This document shows, in pieces, positions 61,891-64,000 of a DNA stretch of 64,000 bases. The first letter of the stretch is position 1. Every line of letters begins with the position of its first letter. A program made the position numbers and the translations under genes. Source of the stretch: Nitrospirota bacterium (GTDB lineage Bacteria; Nitrospirota; Nitrospiria; JACQBW01); contig JACOTA010000013.1 of assembly GCA_016178585.1 (NCBI GenBank), forward strand, positions 3,183 through 67,182, in the 5' to 3' direction. The notes below the pieces were generated by a model that worked only from the letters and a program-made list of their open reading frames with translations, searched no databases and was not told where the DNA came from.

Positions 61891-63191
61891 CAGGAAGACA
61901 AAATATCCAGACCCAAATCTGTTTTACTTAAAGGACCGAGTGAGGTTAACGAATAAAAAGCGGGATCAAAGACCTGCCGGGCGATTTGATGGACTGAAGT
62001 TTTTGAAACAGCCTCAATATCCTGAATGACTTCTTCCAGAGTAAAAAAACGTCCGAAATAAATTTCATCTTTCGCTAATTGGGCCATCCGGCTGCTGGTA
62101 CTTTCCATCCCCAGCATCATGCTTCCTTTTAAATGGTCTTTTGCCTTTTTAAGTTCCGAGGAACTAATGCCTTCATTCCTCAGTTTCCTGAGTTCCTTAA
62201 GAATGATCTGGACAACCTGACGGACTGTTTTAACGCTGGTTCCCGCGTAAATCGTAAATAAACCGGTATCTTGAAAGAAGGAAAGATATGAATAAATGGA
62301 GTAAACCAGCCCTCGTTCCTCTCTGACTTCCTGAAAAAGGCGGGAGCTGACGCTCCCTCCCAACACGGTATTTAATACATAAAGGGCGTGCCGGGTTTTA
62401 TCAGTATGAGAAACCCCCGGCAGCCCCAGACAAAAATGAATCTGTTCAAGATTTTTCTTCTTGCTGAATACGCCGGTTTCCATCCGGGGAGGAATCCTCC
62501 TGGGAACAAAGGGTGTCTGGTTTTTATACTTTCCGAAGGTTTTGTTAAGAAGCCTGAAAAGTACGGTCGGGTTAAAATTCCCCGCCGCGGAAATGACAAT
62601 TTGTGAGGGATGATAATATTTCTCAAGAAAATAAAGAATATCTTCCCTCTTAAGTGAAGAAACCGTGTCGAGGGTTCCAAGAATGGTGCGTCCAAGAGGA
62701 TTTTTTTTCCAGACCTGTTCCAGATAAAAATCATTTAAAAGTTCTTCCGGATCATCCTCAACCATCTTGATCTCTTCGAGGATAACCTTTTTTTCTTTTT
62801 TGATTTCGTCTGGATCAAAAATCGAATGGTGAAAAACATCTGAGAGGATTTGAATCGCCTTGGGCAGGTGTTCATCCAGGACTTTAGTATAAAACGTCGT
62901 GGTTTCCCTCGAGGTGAAAGCGTTCATCTCCCCGCCCAGAGAATCCATGTCCTGGGCAAGTTCTTTGGCCGATTTCTTCCGGGTCCCTTTAAAAAACATA
63001 TGTTCCAGAAAATGGGAAAGCCCGTGCTCCTTCCCTTCTTCATCTCTGGAACCGACATTAACCCAGATTCCGATGGAAACAGATTTTACCGACGGAATCC
63101 TTTCGGTGACAAGCCGGATCCCATTATCTAAAACCATTTTTTTAAACATTGGGATTTGGGCGGCGGAAAAAGGCTTCCGGTAGAGGGTCAA
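61890..63191 (-). CDS. M16 family zinc peptidase
   Basis: HFLEH and [16 protein letters not shown] motifs; follows pnp. Confidence 0.94.
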   Translation of the reverse strand: MTLYRKPFSAAQIPMFKKMVLDNGIRLVTERIPSVKSVSIGIWVNVGSRDEEGKEHGLSHFLEHMFFKGTRKKSAKELAQDMDSLGGEMNAFTSRETTTFYTKVLDEHLPKAIQILSDVFHHSIFDPDEIKKEKKVILEEIKMVEDDPEELLNDFYLEQVWKKNPLGRTILGTLDTVSSLKREDILYFLEKYYHPSQIVISAAGNFNPTVLFRLLNKTFGKYKNQTPFVPRRIPPRMETGVFSKKKNLEQIHFCLGLPGVSHTDKTRHALYVLNTVLGGSVSSRLFQEVREERGLVYSIYSYLSFFQDTGLFTIYAGTSVKTVRQVVQIILKELRKLRNEGISSSELKKAKDHLKGSMMLGMESTSSRMAQLAKDEIYFGRFFTLEEVIQDIEAVSKTSVHQIARQVFDPAFYSLTSLGPLSKTDLGLDILSS

Positions 63192-64000
63192 CCGGCCTCT
63201 TGACCTTCTTTATTTGCCATCGCCTCCTTACGGCTGAGTCTGATTTTTCCCTGCTTGTCGATCTCAAGAACTTTAACGAGAAACTCGTCTCCCTCCTTGA
63301 CTTCATCCGTAACATTTTTTACCCTATGATGGGCTAACTGGGATATATGAACAAGCCCGTCGACGTTGGGCAGAATCGTAACAAACGCTCCAAAGTCCAT
63401 GATTTTACTAACCTTTCCGAGATAGAGCTTTCCGATTTCAACATCTTCGGTGATTTTATTGATGATCTCCACCGCAGCTTTTGCGGAAGCGTCATCGTTG
63501 GAAGCAATTGAAATGGTTCCATCGTCCGCGATATCGATTTTAACCCCGGTTCTTTCAATGATACTTCGAATCATTTTACCGCCAGGCCCTATGACTTCTC
63601 GAACCTTTTCGGGCTTCACTTTCATGATCAAAATTTTGGGAGCATAAATTGAAAACTCTTTTCTGGGTTCGGAAAGAGCAGCGTCCATTTTTTCCAGAAT
63701 ATGCAATCTTCCAGCCTTTGCTTGATCCAGGGCCCGGGCCATCACGGTACTGTCAAGTCCTCCAATTTTGATATCCATTTGGATGGCAGTAATTCCATTC
63801 CGGGTTCCGGCCACTTTAAAATCCATATCTCCGAGATGATCTTCCTGGCCCAGGATATCCGACAAAATCACAGTCTCTTGTCCTTCTTTAATTAACCCCA
63901 TGGCAATTCCGGCAACCGGCGCTTTAATAGGAACGCCTCCATCCATTAACGCCAATATGCCGCCGCAAACTGTCGCCATTGAGGAGGATCCGTTCGACTC
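63188..64000 (-). CDS. pnp: Polyribonucleotide nucleotidyltransferase (3' part)
   Basis: [12 protein letters not shown] and [13 protein letters not shown] motifs; KH and S1 domains. Confidence 0.97.
   Translation of the reverse strand, partial: ESNGSSSMATVCGGILALMDGGVPIKAPVAGIAMGLIKEGQETVILSDILGQEDHLGDMDFKVAGTRNGITAIQMDIKIGGLDSTVMARALDQAKAGRLHILEKMDAALSEPRKEFSIYAPKILIMKVKPEKVREVIGPGGKMIRSIIERTGVKIDIADDGTISIASNDDASAKAAVEIINKITEDVEIGKLYLGKVSKIMDFGAFVTILPNVDGLVHISQLAHHRVKNVTDEVKEGDEFLVKVLEIDKQGKIRLSRKEAMANKEGQEAG

Overview
A 64 kb mostly core-chromosome window. Gene content and the two paralogous four-gene 2-oxoacid:ferredoxin oxidoreductase operons point to a Nitrospirota-like, probably rTCA-autotrophic bacterium (inference). 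It carries LPS/Kdo and phospholipid genes (plsY, pgsA, lpxL-like, kdsC/D/A/B, pyrG, heptose kinase), lepA-lepB, two OFOR operons plus a detached epsilon-type subunit, panB-folD, HU, tyrS, ndk, ispD/F, cysE, bioA, fbp, pnp, a tRNA-Arg(CCG) with a decayed integrated element, and a TetR-MMPL pair. The most unusual content is intergenic. (1) An 8-copy modular hairpin repeat always lies in the same orientation just before a start codon. (2) A 32-nt micro-element is nested inside two different repeat families and tandemly amplified once. (3) An identical ~138 bp MITE-like element occurs three times and abuts truncated genes. (4) A long-hairpin family shows compensatory changes. Smaller points are a probable ATT start for serB, a +1 frameshift in the epsilon subunit, a group IIC intron 5' stub, near-leaderless genes and a PTPS-III-type queD paralogue. 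All calls come from reading the sequence; no searches were run.
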